Part shown: positions 38,579-47,873 of the stretch, in pieces
Layout of the letters: the number at the start of each line of letters is the position of its first letter
How positions within the stretch are numbered: the first letter of the stretch is position 1
Assembly (NCBI GenBank): GCA_039803745.1
Contig: JBDRZD010000001.1
Coordinates: forward strand, 2,146-66,145
Direction of reading: 5' to 3'
Source of the DNA: a candidate division WOR-3 bacterium
GTDB taxonomy: Bacteria; Hydrothermota; Hydrothermia; Hydrothermales; Hydrothermaceae
Length of the DNA: 64,000 nt
Program-made: the position numbers and the translations under genes
Notes under the pieces: generated by a model
Seen by the model: only the letters and a program-made list of their open reading frames with translations
Databases searched by the model: none
What the model was told of the DNA's origin: nothing

Positions 38579-39058
38579 TTGAATTTTTTTCATATTTTAC
38601 TTTATAATTTATTTATGAATTTTTTAATATTAACGATATTCAGTTTTTTCTTTATTAATGGGGGGTTGTATTTTCCCTTAAAAGATGCTTCTAAAACTCT
38701 AAATCCAGGATTTTGTGTTGAATTTGGGAAAAATGTTAATATCCTGGACATAAGTCTTTCTTTTAAAAATTTCACTCTTCAAAAAAATTCTCAAACAAGT
38801 TTTTCAATTTTCTCTATTTTTGGGGATTTTTTTTATAAAATTTCAAAAAATTCATTTATCTCTTTTGGCCCTTCTTTATCTTTACTTTCACTTCAAAAAA
38901 AAGATAAAAAAGAATTTGGAGGGACTATTTCCTTTCGCTCCTTTTTAAATTTTTCTAATAAAGAGAGGTTTATTTCAGGAATCGGTTTTGAATTTATAAA
39001 AGGTGATGAAAAAGGCGTTTTTTTAATGGGAATAAAATTGGGATTTATATGGGATTAA
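38579..39058 (+). CDS. Hypothetical exported or membrane beta-rich protein
   Basis: 159 aa with a hydrophobic N-terminus and alternating hydrophobic pattern; no recognisable motif. Confidence 0.3.
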   Translation: MNFFHILLYNLFMNFLILTIFSFFFINGGLYFPLKDASKTLNPGFCVEFGKNVNILDISLSFKNFTLQKNSQTSFSIFSIFGDFFYKISKNSFISFGPSLSLLSLQKKDKKEFGGTISFRSFLNFSNKERFISGIGFEFIKGDEKGVFLMGIKLGFIWD

Positions 39059-39447
39059 ATTTTTTTGAAAAAATAAAGTTAAAATTAAAATTTCATAAAT
39101 TTTTTAAAAGAACCAGTTTTTTAAAATTTCCTTTTGATTTGAGTTCTTTTGAAAAAATAATAATTTTTTTACCAGAAGATAATAATTCTTTTTTATATAA
39201 AATCAAAGATAAATTTAAAAAGGAGATCAAAGTATTCTTACCAAAGGATATTAATTATGAGAATTTAAAAAATTTAAATTATGAAATAATAAAAAATAAA
39301 ATTTTGGTAATAGATTTTTTAGAAAATTGTGATTTTAAAAATTTTATAGTTTTTCCCTCTTTATGGATTTCAAATAACTCTTTTGGAAATTTGATTATAA
39401 AAACAAGCCCTGAAGGCATTTTTTCATTTATCTTTGGAAATGATTAA
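39049..39447 (+). CDS. Hypothetical protein
   Basis: 132 aa, Lys/Phe-rich, no recognisable motif. Kept only because it fills the gap in a tightly packed same-strand array. Confidence 0.25.
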   Translation: MGLNFFEKIKLKLKFHKFFKRTSFLKFPFDLSSFEKIIIFLPEDNNSFLYKIKDKFKKEIKVFLPKDINYENLKNLNYEIIKNKILVIDFLENCDFKNFIVFPSLWISNNSFGNLIIKTSPEGIFSFIFGND

Positions 39448-39892
39448 AATAATTGCTGAAAATAAAAAGGTTTATAGAGATTATGAGATTCTTGAAGAAA
39501 TAGAAGCAGGGATAGAACTTTTAGGTGGCGAGGTTAAATCCATTAAGAATGGCGCAATATCTTTAAAAGATTCTTTTGTCAAATTTGAAGGGGGTGAAGC
39601 CTTTATTTTGAATTTATACATAGCACCTTATAAATATTCAGGAAGTATTCCTTACGACCCTGAAAGAAAAAGGAAACTTTTACTTAAAAAAGCAGAAATA
39701 AAAAGGCTCATTGGAAAAGTGAAAGAAAGAGGACTTACAATTGTTCCCTTAAAGGTTTATTTAAAAAGAAAATGGATAAAGGTTTTAATAGGTCTTGTTC
39801 GCGGAAGGAAAAAATATGAAAAAAGGCAAATAATAAAGGAAAGAGAAATAAAAAGGGAGATCGAAAGAGAACTCAAAAAAAGGTATGGTTAA
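39434..39892 (+). CDS. smpB: SsrA-binding protein
   Basis: 152 aa: IAENKKVYRDYEILEEIEAGIELLGGEVKSIK.G..SLKDSFV...GEAFILNLYIAPY and a basic C-terminal tail. Confidence 0.85.
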   Translation: MEMIKIIAENKKVYRDYEILEEIEAGIELLGGEVKSIKNGAISLKDSFVKFEGGEAFILNLYIAPYKYSGSIPYDPERKRKLLLKKAEIKRLIGKVKERGLTIVPLKVYLKRKWIKVLIGLVRGRKKYEKRQIIKEREIKREIERELKKRYG

Positions 39893-40925
39893 TTTAATTT
39901 TAATTTTTTCCCTGTTGAATCTTTTTCCACCTGAAATTTATAATTTTGGGGATAGTGTAAAAGTTGTTATTAAAAAAGATGGAGAAATTGGGGGGGATAT
40001 AGAAAAGAAGATAAGTAATAAAGATTTTATAATAGTTTTTCCTTTATCTTCTTATGAGTTTCCGGATGAATATGAAATCAAAAGTGATTATTTAAAAAAG
40101 GTTTTATTTCATAAAGAAGGAGATAATACTGTTGTAAAATTTATAATTACTGAAAATGTGAAAAAATACAGAATTAAATCCTATAAAGATAGAATAGAGA
40201 TTTTATTTTTGGGAGAAAAAATAAATAAAATTGAAAAATTTTTAGATAGAAAAATAAAAAAAATAATTATAGATCCCGGTCATGGTGGTGAAGATCCAGG
40301 AGCATGTGGAAAAGGAGGCACTTTTGAAAAAGATATAAACCTTGAAATTGCGAAAATTCTAAAGGAGATGATCGAAAAAGAACTTAAAATTGGGGTTATT
40401 TTAACCAGAGAAAAAGATACATTTATTTCTCTTTCCCAAAGGTCTCGTATAGCAAATAAAGAGAAGGGTGATATTTTTCTTTCAATCCATTGTAATGCTT
40501 CAAAAAAAATAGAATCAAAAGGGGTTGAGGTTTATTTTTTATCAGAAGCAAAGACTGACTGGGAAAGGGCAGTTGAGGCACTTGAAAATGCCTCATTAAA
40601 ATTTGAAATGCCTGAAAAAGAGGTAAAAACAGTTCTTGATGCAATACTTCTCGATCTTGCCCAAACCGAGTTTTTAAAGGAATCTCAAAAGCTTGCAGAA
40701 TTCTTACAAAAAAATCTTGTGAATAATAAAGATGAGGATAGGGGGGTTAAACAGGCAGGTTTTTATGTCCTTTATGGAGTTTATATGCCCTCTGCACTTA
40801 TTGAAGTAGGCTTTATAACAAATCCTGAGGAAGAAAAAAAATTAAAAAATAAAAATTATCAAAGGGAAATTTGTAAAAAAATAATAAGGGGGTTAAAAGA
40901 ATTTATAGAGTGGTATCAGAAGTGA
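39885..40925 (+). CDS. N-acetylmuramoyl-L-alanine amidase (Amidase_3, AmiC-like) with an N-terminal AMIN-like domain
   Basis: 346 aa with IIIDPGHGGEDPGACGKGG, FLSIHCNAS and EVGFITNPEEE. Confidence 0.8.
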   Translation: MVNLILIFSLLNLFPPEIYNFGDSVKVVIKKDGEIGGDIEKKISNKDFIIVFPLSSYEFPDEYEIKSDYLKKVLFHKEGDNTVVKFIITENVKKYRIKSYKDRIEILFLGEKINKIEKFLDRKIKKIIIDPGHGGEDPGACGKGGTFEKDINLEIAKILKEMIEKELKIGVILTREKDTFISLSQRSRIANKEKGDIFLSIHCNASKKIESKGVEVYFLSEAKTDWERAVEALENASLKFEMPEKEVKTVLDAILLDLAQTEFLKESQKLAEFLQKNLVNNKDEDRGVKQAGFYVLYGVYMPSALIEVGFITNPEEEKKLKNKNYQREICKKIIRGLKEFIEWYQK

Positions 40926-40931
40926 AAATTG

Positions 40932-40951
40932 ATGTTGCAAAAATGCAACAT
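40932..40951 (+). terminator. Possible intrinsic-terminator hairpin after the amidase gene
   Basis: atgttgca-aaaa-tgcaacat is an 8-bp perfect inverted repeat with a 4-nt loop, followed by attaattttatttttt. It is AT-rich, so the stem is weak. Confidence 0.25.
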
Positions 40952-41027
40952 ATTAATTTTATTTTTTAAAAATATTAATAAAATCAAAATAGGTATTTAT
41001 TTTTCATAATAATAAAGGGGGTGTAAA

Positions 41028-43370
41028 ATGAGAAGGGTAAGGCTTAGGTTACCTGAAAATTATATTCCGGTCTTTAAAAGAGCAAAGAAAGAGTTGATGC
41101 AAACTACATCAAAAGTAATATATATTTACTCACCCCCTGCTTATGGTAAAACCACAACACTTTTAAAATTCTTTGAAGATACAGATTTTAACCCTATATT
41201 TATTCAGGTTGAGGATAAGGATAAGGATTTTGATATGTTCAAAATTTCACTTCTTCAAATCCTCTCCGAATTTTCAGGAACCTTAAAGGAAACAATTTCT
41301 TTAATAAATGGTAAGGAAACCCCTAAACTTTTCTGGGAAATTTTAAAGAATGAATACAATAATATTGCTTTACCTGAAAATACCTATTTTGTTTTTCTTG
41401 ATACTTATCATTTAATGGAAAATTTTGGGAAAATAATTAAAGAGATAATTTTACCTCTCTTTAAAAATTTACCTGCAAAACTGATTATTGAAGCAAATTT
41501 ACCCTATGAATTTGAAGGGGATGTGAAAATAATGGGTGAAGAATTTTTTACTTTATCCTGTGAAGAAATAATTGATTTATCCTCTCTTTTTGGTGAAAAA
41601 ATTAGTCCTAAAGATGCTTTTTTATTAAGGGAAAGGACAGAGGGCTGGTTATTGCCATGCATATTGTTTTTTAGAGATAAAAGAGATGTAAAAACAAAAC
41701 TTGATAGTCTTTTAGAATGGCCCGAGCTTTTAGAAGGACTTCTTGAGGGGGTTTTTAAAGATTTAGAAGAGGAGGAGAAAATAAATCTCCTTACTCTTGG
41801 ACAATTAAGAGAGTTTAATTATGGAGCGGTAAAATGGATATTAGGATATGAAAATCCTGAGAGAATAATAAATAAAATAAAGGAAAGGGGTTTTACCCTT
41901 ATTGAAGAAATTAAAGAAGGAATAATTGTTTTTCGCTTTCACCGCCTATTAAAATCCTATTTTGAAAGAAGACTTAAAAAATTTCCTCTTGGATATGATC
42001 TTTTCTTTAGAATTCATATACGTGCTCTTGATTATTTTGAAAGTATAGGAGATTTTGAGAATGCTCTTTATCATTCAATAAAAATGAGAGACCCTACAAG
42101 ATGTGGAAAATATTTAAAAAGTATAGTGATTGATCTTTTTAATGAAGGGAAAATTTCTGCAATAGAAAGTTTCTTAAAAGAAATAGAAAATGAAGGGATA
42201 TTAAAAACCCCTGAAATTTTGCTATGTGAAGGTATCTATTTAAACCTTATTGAGAAATATGATGAATCAGTTAAATTACTTAAAAAGATTTTGGAGAGTT
42301 TAAAAGAAGAGGATTATTTACTTGGTAAATACTTTCTTTTAATAGGAAGAGAGTATTTAAATGAAAAGGAGGATATCTTAATAGAAGAAGGAAATAGATT
42401 GATTGAAGAAGTAAAGAAGTATGAAGAAAAGCACGTGATGGAGCCGGATTTTGAAAAAGATCCCTGGAGAATTGTAAAAAGGAAAACTTTTAAATCCCCC
42501 GATTATTTTGTTTCTTTAATGTATGGTAGAATTTACAATTTTTTAGGTAATCAATATTATTCAAAAAAAGATATTGAAAGAGCAAGGGAATTTTATCAAA
42601 AAAGTTTATCTTTTTTAAAGAAGATAAAAGATGATAGAAGAATTCTAACTGTTATTCATAACATAGGGCTCACTTTTCTTTTTGAAGGTAAAAAGGAAGC
42701 AATTGAATATTTTATGGATGTTGCAAATTATCCTGTTCTTTTCCCCGGGAAGGCAGCATCTTTAAATAACATTGGAATATGGTATGAGATTTTTGAAGGA
42801 GATTTAGATAAAGCAGAAGAGTATTATAAAAAGGCTTTTGAGGTTAATGAAAAATTTAAACAAAGGCAGGCAATAATTTCTCAGGTTTCAAATTTAATGT
42901 ACCTTTATTTAAAGAAAAAAGATAAGGAAAAAGTACTCCAATATCTTGAAAAACTTGAAAATCTTGTATTTGCTACTAAAAATGAAAGACTCATAAATGG
43001 TTTTTATATGGGGAAAACAGAAATTTTTACCCATCTCTGCGAGTTAGAAGAGGCAGAAAAGGCTTTAAAAGAGGTAAAAGAATCTGTTACTTTAAAATTT
43101 GAGGAGCAAAAATATTACAAAATGTATGTTGAGGGAAAGTTAAGATATTTAAAAGGTGATGTTTCTGAAGCGAAGAATTTGATAGATAAATCTATTGAAT
43201 GGACATTTTTAAAAAGCGATTTTACAGATAAAATTGACAAACTTTATTATTTATATGAAATTTATAAAAAATTTGATGACCCTGATATTCAAAAAATTAG
43301 AAAGATGGCAGAAGATCTTATAAGAGAAAAAGGCTGTTTGAAAAGGTTAAGGGATTTTGATTTAGAATAA
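41028..43370 (+). CDS. MalT-like STAND NTPase with a C-terminal TPR/SUPR-like helical repeat region; no HTH or other effector domain detected
   Basis: 780 aa with a GGGGG RBS 6 nt upstream. The N-terminus is collinear with MalT: RLRLPENYIPVFKRAKKEL...VIYIYSPPAYGKTTTL (Walker A) ... FIQVEDKDKDFDMF ... YFVFLDTYHLMEN (MalT-type Walker B hhhhDxYHL). Long amphipathic helical repeats follow (GDAY..G, EAEKAL, YYKKAFEV...). It ends ...KGCLKRLRDFDLE with no LuxR-type helix-turn-helix. Confidence 0.6.
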   Translation: MRRVRLRLPENYIPVFKRAKKELMQTTSKVIYIYSPPAYGKTTTLLKFFEDTDFNPIFIQVEDKDKDFDMFKISLLQILSEFSGTLKETISLINGKETPKLFWEILKNEYNNIALPENTYFVFLDTYHLMENFGKIIKEIILPLFKNLPAKLIIEANLPYEFEGDVKIMGEEFFTLSCEEIIDLSSLFGEKISPKDAFLLRERTEGWLLPCILFFRDKRDVKTKLDSLLEWPELLEGLLEGVFKDLEEEEKINLLTLGQLREFNYGAVKWILGYENPERIINKIKERGFTLIEEIKEGIIVFRFHRLLKSYFERRLKKFPLGYDLFFRIHIRALDYFESIGDFENALYHSIKMRDPTRCGKYLKSIVIDLFNEGKISAIESFLKEIENEGILKTPEILLCEGIYLNLIEKYDESVKLLKKILESLKEEDYLLGKYFLLIGREYLNEKEDILIEEGNRLIEEVKKYEEKHVMEPDFEKDPWRIVKRKTFKSPDYFVSLMYGRIYNFLGNQYYSKKDIERAREFYQKSLSFLKKIKDDRRILTVIHNIGLTFLFEGKKEAIEYFMDVANYPVLFPGKAASLNNIGIWYEIFEGDLDKAEEYYKKAFEVNEKFKQRQAIISQVSNLMYLYLKKKDKEKVLQYLEKLENLVFATKNERLINGFYMGKTEIFTHLCELEEAEKALKEVKESVTLKFEEQKYYKMYVEGKLRYLKGDVSEAKNLIDKSIEWTFLKSDFTDKIDKLYYLYEIYKKFDDPDIQKIRKMAEDLIREKGCLKRLRDFDLE

Positions 43371-43377
43371 AAATCTT

Positions 43378-44046
43378 ATGTTAATTTATCTCTTGATATC
43401 ATTGAAAGCATTAATTTTTTGTAAAGGAGAATTTTTCATTTTTGATTCCGAGAAAAATTATTTAAAAACTCAAAATAAAAAAATATTTCTTGAAGAAAAT
43501 TTTTACAATGCCTATGAAATAAAATCCGATTTTGTTTGGATTTATATTCTCTCAAAAGAAGGGCTTTATGTGATAAACCCTGTTGATGGTAAAATTTTAT
43601 CTTTTTATAAATTTAAAAAAAATTATTCAAAATTTGCAAAAGATGACAAAGGTAATTTTTATTTTCTTGATAGTGTATCAGGGAAAATCAAGGTTATAAA
43701 CTTTACAAGAAAGGATTCTTTTTATCTTGATTTTTCTCCTTCTAAAAATGTCCTGTCCATGGAATTTATAAATGATAAGTTATATTTTCTTTATCATGAC
43801 GAAATTGTTTCTTTTGATGTTTTTGAAAAAAAAGTTCAAAAAGAAGAAAAAGGTAAATGGGATGGATTTAGAAAATGTATTCGCAAATTATTCTTATGGA
43901 AAGAAAACTGTATAAAGATTAAAAATGGTGAAGAAACTATCTTTTGTATAAACTTTAAAATAGATGACCTGATTTTTTTAAAAGATACTATTTTTATACT
44001 AACTTCTGATTCAATTCTAAAATTACCCTTTAAGGAAAATAAATGA
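43378..44046 (+). CDS. Hypothetical exported protein
   Basis: 222 aa with an N-terminal signal peptide and beta-rich composition. Its start is 8 nt after the STAND gene's stop. Confidence 0.4.
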   Translation: MLIYLLISLKALIFCKGEFFIFDSEKNYLKTQNKKIFLEENFYNAYEIKSDFVWIYILSKEGLYVINPVDGKILSFYKFKKNYSKFAKDDKGNFYFLDSVSGKIKVINFTRKDSFYLDFSPSKNVLSMEFINDKLYFLYHDEIVSFDVFEKKVQKEEKGKWDGFRKCIRKLFLWKENCIKIKNGEETIFCINFKIDDLIFLKDTIFILTSDSILKLPFKENK

Positions 44047-46994
44047 AGTTTTTATTTTTTATTCTCATTTCAAAAATAATAAGAGATACAATCTTACCAG
44101 AAATATCTTTTATAATTTTAAAAACACCTGTTATAAATAGTATTAAGGTTTATTCAAAGAAAAATATTGAATATCAGGTTAAAGGTGATACACTTTTTTT
44201 GAAGGGATTTTATGAAAGTGACACAGTTTATGTTGAATATGAAAATATAGAAATTGATGCGGTTTATAAAAAAAACGAAATTTTATTGAAAGAAGAAGAG
44301 AAGATTTTAATAAAACCTGTTGAAAGCAAAAAAGAATTTGAGGAGATTAAATTAAAGGGTAATAAAGAGGTTGGTTTTAAAATAGAAGAGGGTAATTTTT
44401 CACTTGTTCAAAGTACAAATCTTAAACTGGATGGTAAAATAGGGAATAATATTGAAGTTGAGGGTGTTTTTCAAGATGAGAACTTACCTTCAGAAGGAAC
44501 AGTCTCTCTTTCAGAGCTCGAGCAGGCTTATTTTAATATTAAATCTCCTTATTTTAAAACAAAAATCGGTGATTTCTTTCTTAGAGGAGAAAACATTGAG
44601 AGAAAAATGCTTGGAATGGAAGCCGAAGGTAAAACAAAAGGTTTTTTTTTAAAAATAGGAACAGGTTATGGAAAGGGAACATTTGAAAGTATAAAAATAG
44701 ATGTAGTTCCGGGGAAAAATGGACCTTATTTTTTAGGAATTCAAAGATATGAAAGGATAGTTCCCGGCTCTGAAAAGGTATATCTTGATAATAAACTCTT
44801 AAAAAGTGGAAAGGATGAAGATTATATAATTGATTATGAAAGGGGAATAATAGTTTTTAATCCAAAAGTGAATATTTCAAATACTTCAAATTTAAAAATA
44901 GATTTTGAAAAAATCGAAGGCGGTTTTGATAAGTATTATTTTTCAGAATGCTTTTCTCCAAATTTTAAAAATTTTAATTTAAATTTTAATTATTTTTTAG
45001 AGAAGGATTTTGAAAAGAACCCCCTTTTCTCTTTATCCGATAGTGATAAGATATTTTTAAAAACCATAGGTGATACACAAAAAATTTTATACACAAAAGG
45101 ATATGAATATGTAGGTGAAGGAAAAGGTGATTATATAAAAAAAGGGGATACACTTATATATGTAGGAGAAAAAAATGGAAATTATGTTGCTCAATTTATC
45201 TTTGTTGGTGAAAATAAAGGAGATTATATATTCAACGATTTAAAGGGCTGTTTTGAATATGTTGGAAAAGATAAAGGAGATTATATTCCCCGGAAGATTC
45301 TCTATTTACCACAAAGGAAAAATTTTTTCTCTTCTTCCATTTCCTTTAAACAGCAGAAAATAGAATTTTTTCTTTCTGAATTTGATAAGAACATTTATTC
45401 AAACTTAAATGATAGGGATAATGTTGATTTTGGAATTAAGACAAAAAATAAATTTTATTACAAAGAAAATAACTATGAAAGTGGAGTAAATTTATCTCTA
45501 AAATATTTTGGTAAAAACCTTTTTTTCCCTTTTAGAGAAAAGGAAGCAAATTATGAATTCTTGTGGAAGACAAAAGCAGAAGAAAGAAAAAGGGTTTTAC
45601 TTTCCCCTTATTTTATTTATAAAGATATCTTTAAATTACAAAATGAGATTGGATATTTAAGCACAGATTCAGGAAGTGTTAAGAGAGAAAGTTATGAATT
45701 TGAATTTTTAAAATATTTTAATACAAAAGAAACTTATGAGGAAATAAAGGGAAAAGAAAGGACATACAGGAACAGTTTTTTGATATCAAAAAAAATGAAT
45801 AAATATTTTGTGGAGTTCAAAAACATTTTTGAGAATTCAAATTTTAATTCTCTTTCAAAAGAAATTTCTTTTGGACATGATAATTTATTTTTTACCTTTT
45901 CAGAAAATTCGCTTTTTAAAAATCTATATATCCTCTCAAATTCAATAAATACTCTTTTAAGTTTTAAAAGCGTATTTTCTATAAGAGGAACTTTTAAATA
46001 CATATTTTCTAAACCTTACCTAAAAAAAATTAATAAGGATTATTTCTACAATTTTTTTTATAATCTTTTTCCTTATAAGGATTTAAGAATCAGTATAAAT
46101 GTAATTAAAAATCCGGAAATTGTTTCAGAAAAAAATATAGAATATATATTTGTTGGAGAAGGAAAAGGGAATTTCTCTTATGACTCTCTTACAAAAAGTT
46201 TTTATCCCGATGAAAACGGGAGTTATATAAAAAGAGAATTTTTTATTACAAAAGATGATAATGGCTATAAAAAAGGAATTTATTCAAAGTTAGAATTCTC
46301 GAAAGATATTTACTCAATTTTTTTAACACAGGATAGAGAGGAAAAGAAATTAAAAGAAAAAATTCTTTCAAGGAATGAAAATTATTCTCTTAATTTAAAT
46401 TTTGACCTTCCAATTTATACAAGTTTATATACTATTTATTCACAAGATGAAGATAAAGAATATTATCTTTATCCATTTAAAAGGCTTTCTTTTGAATGGA
46501 ATATAAATTTGAGGAGAGAACTCAAAGAATTTACTCCTGAAGCAGGATTTACTTATAAGTTTTCAGAGGATAAGGAACAGGAAAATGTTAAGGCAAGAAC
46601 AAGGGAATACAAATTTTTAACAGGGATAAGAAAAGGCTTTGAAAAGATTAATTTAAGGTTTTCCTTTAATTATGGAATTCAAAGAAATGAATCCCCTTTT
46701 TATTTTGGAACAAAAATAATGAAGAAGGATTATTTTGAACTTTTGCCGGGCATAAATTTTTTTATTTTTGGTACAGAAATAAGAGAAGAGATCTTTCTTA
46801 TTTTTCAAAATGTTAAAAATCCCTTTTCAAATATTTCTTTTTATGAAAAAGAAAAATGGAGGGTAGAGGAAAAGGTATCTTTATTAAAAAAAATAAGAGA
46901 GAACCTTGAAACAAGTCTTTCTTTTTTCTTAAAAATAGGGGAAAAAACAAAGACAAAGAGTTCTTTTAATTTTAATTTTATTGCCTATTTTTAA
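44043..46994 (+). CDS. Large exported repeat protein, probable outer-membrane beta-barrel
   Basis: 983 aa. Signal peptide. Four tandem ~17-aa repeats built on YVGEGKGDYI (YEYVGEGKGDYIKKGDTL / IYVGEKNGNYVAQFIF / VGENKGDYIFNDLKGCFE / YVGKDKGDYIP), with a further copy IFVGEGKGNFSY. The C-terminus is ...SFNFNFIAYF (aromatic-x-aromatic with terminal Phe). It overlaps the upstream ORF by 4 nt. Confidence 0.4.
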   Translation: MKFLFFILISKIIRDTILPEISFIILKTPVINSIKVYSKKNIEYQVKGDTLFLKGFYESDTVYVEYENIEIDAVYKKNEILLKEEEKILIKPVESKKEFEEIKLKGNKEVGFKIEEGNFSLVQSTNLKLDGKIGNNIEVEGVFQDENLPSEGTVSLSELEQAYFNIKSPYFKTKIGDFFLRGENIERKMLGMEAEGKTKGFFLKIGTGYGKGTFESIKIDVVPGKNGPYFLGIQRYERIVPGSEKVYLDNKLLKSGKDEDYIIDYERGIIVFNPKVNISNTSNLKIDFEKIEGGFDKYYFSECFSPNFKNFNLNFNYFLEKDFEKNPLFSLSDSDKIFLKTIGDTQKILYTKGYEYVGEGKGDYIKKGDTLIYVGEKNGNYVAQFIFVGENKGDYIFNDLKGCFEYVGKDKGDYIPRKILYLPQRKNFFSSSISFKQQKIEFFLSEFDKNIYSNLNDRDNVDFGIKTKNKFYYKENNYESGVNLSLKYFGKNLFFPFREKEANYEFLWKTKAEERKRVLLSPYFIYKDIFKLQNEIGYLSTDSGSVKRESYEFEFLKYFNTKETYEEIKGKERTYRNSFLISKKMNKYFVEFKNIFENSNFNSLSKEISFGHDNLFFTFSENSLFKNLYILSNSINTLLSFKSVFSIRGTFKYIFSKPYLKKINKDYFYNFFYNLFPYKDLRISINVIKNPEIVSEKNIEYIFVGEGKGNFSYDSLTKSFYPDENGSYIKREFFITKDDNGYKKGIYSKLEFSKDIYSIFLTQDREEKKLKEKILSRNENYSLNLNFDLPIYTSLYTIYSQDEDKEYYLYPFKRLSFEWNINLRRELKEFTPEAGFTYKFSEDKEQENVKARTREYKFLTGIRKGFEKINLRFSFNYGIQRNESPFYFGTKIMKKDYFELLPGINFFIFGTEIREEIFLIFQNVKNPFSNISFYEKEKWRVEEKVSLLKKIRENLETSLSFFLKIGEKTKTKSSFNFNFIAYF

Positions 46995-47053
46995 AAATTT
47001 ACATTATAATGATGAAACTTTTTTAATTCTTTTTCGTCTTATTATATAAATAA

Positions 47054-47536
47054 ATGGATAAAAGAATTGTAGAAAAAGTTTTTAATGAATATAGAAATGT
47101 TTTACTTTTCTTTGTAAATAGTTTTTTAAGGGATAAAGATAAAAGTCAGGATATTGTTCAAGAAGTTTTTATGAGACTTTATAAGGAAAAAAATGAAATA
47201 TATAATTTAAAAGGGTGGCTATTTAAAGTTGCAAAAAATTTAGTGATTGATGATCTAAGGAGGAATAAAAGGTTTGTATATTTAGATGAGGAGACTGAAA
47301 TAGAGGATGAGAATGAGAATTTAAAAAGGAATCGTTTGAAAAGTATATTAAAAAGAGAGGTAGAAAATTTGCCCAAAATTTATAAAGATTTCTTTATTCT
47401 AAGAGATGTTGAGGGATATTCCTATGAAGAAATTGCAAGAAAATTTAAAGTTCCTCTTGGGACAGTTAAAACAAGGGTTTTTAGAGCAAGAATTTATTTG
47501 AGGGAGAAGTTAAAAAATGAATTGCGAAAGATATAA
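47054..47536 (+). CDS. ECF (group IV) sigma-70 factor
   Basis: 160 aa. Region 2 (DIVQEVFMRLYKEK...WLFKVAKNLVIDDLRR) and region 4 (ILRDVEGYSYEEIARKFKVPLGTVKTRVFRAR). Confidence 0.85.
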   Translation: MDKRIVEKVFNEYRNVLLFFVNSFLRDKDKSQDIVQEVFMRLYKEKNEIYNLKGWLFKVAKNLVIDDLRRNKRFVYLDEETEIEDENENLKRNRLKSILKREVENLPKIYKDFFILRDVEGYSYEEIARKFKVPLGTVKTRVFRARIYLREKLKNELRKI

Positions 47537-47873
47537 AATTCTTATAAATAAATATATTGATAATGAGATAAAAAAAGAGGAAATGGAAAAGTTGCTTTCT
47601 CATCTTGATATCTGTGAAGATTGTAAAATATTTTTGTATGATTTGAAAAAACTTGAAGAAATGAGCATTTCTTTATTTGATTGTAAAAAAAACAAAAAAG
47701 ATTACAGAATTTTTATAAAAATATTTTTGATTTTATTTATTGTCTTTTCTTTTAAATCTTTTCCTTTATTTTTTAAAAATAAAAAAGATGAAAATAAGAT
47801 TGTTAGAGAAGAAAAGGCTAAGAAGGTTTATCTTGTAGATTTTGAGTTTAAAGAAGATTTAATTTTAAAATGA
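47517..47873 (+). CDS. Zinc-binding (zf-HC2 / ZAS-type) anti-sigma factor with one TM helix
   Basis: 118 aa: HLDICEDC (HxxxCxxC) near the N-terminus and the TM segment IFIKIFLILFIVFSF. Overlaps the ECF sigma gene by 20 nt. Confidence 0.65.
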   Translation: MNCERYKILINKYIDNEIKKEEMEKLLSHLDICEDCKIFLYDLKKLEEMSISLFDCKKNKKDYRIFIKIFLILFIVFSFKSFPLFFKNKKDENKIVREEKAKKVYLVDFEFKEDLILK

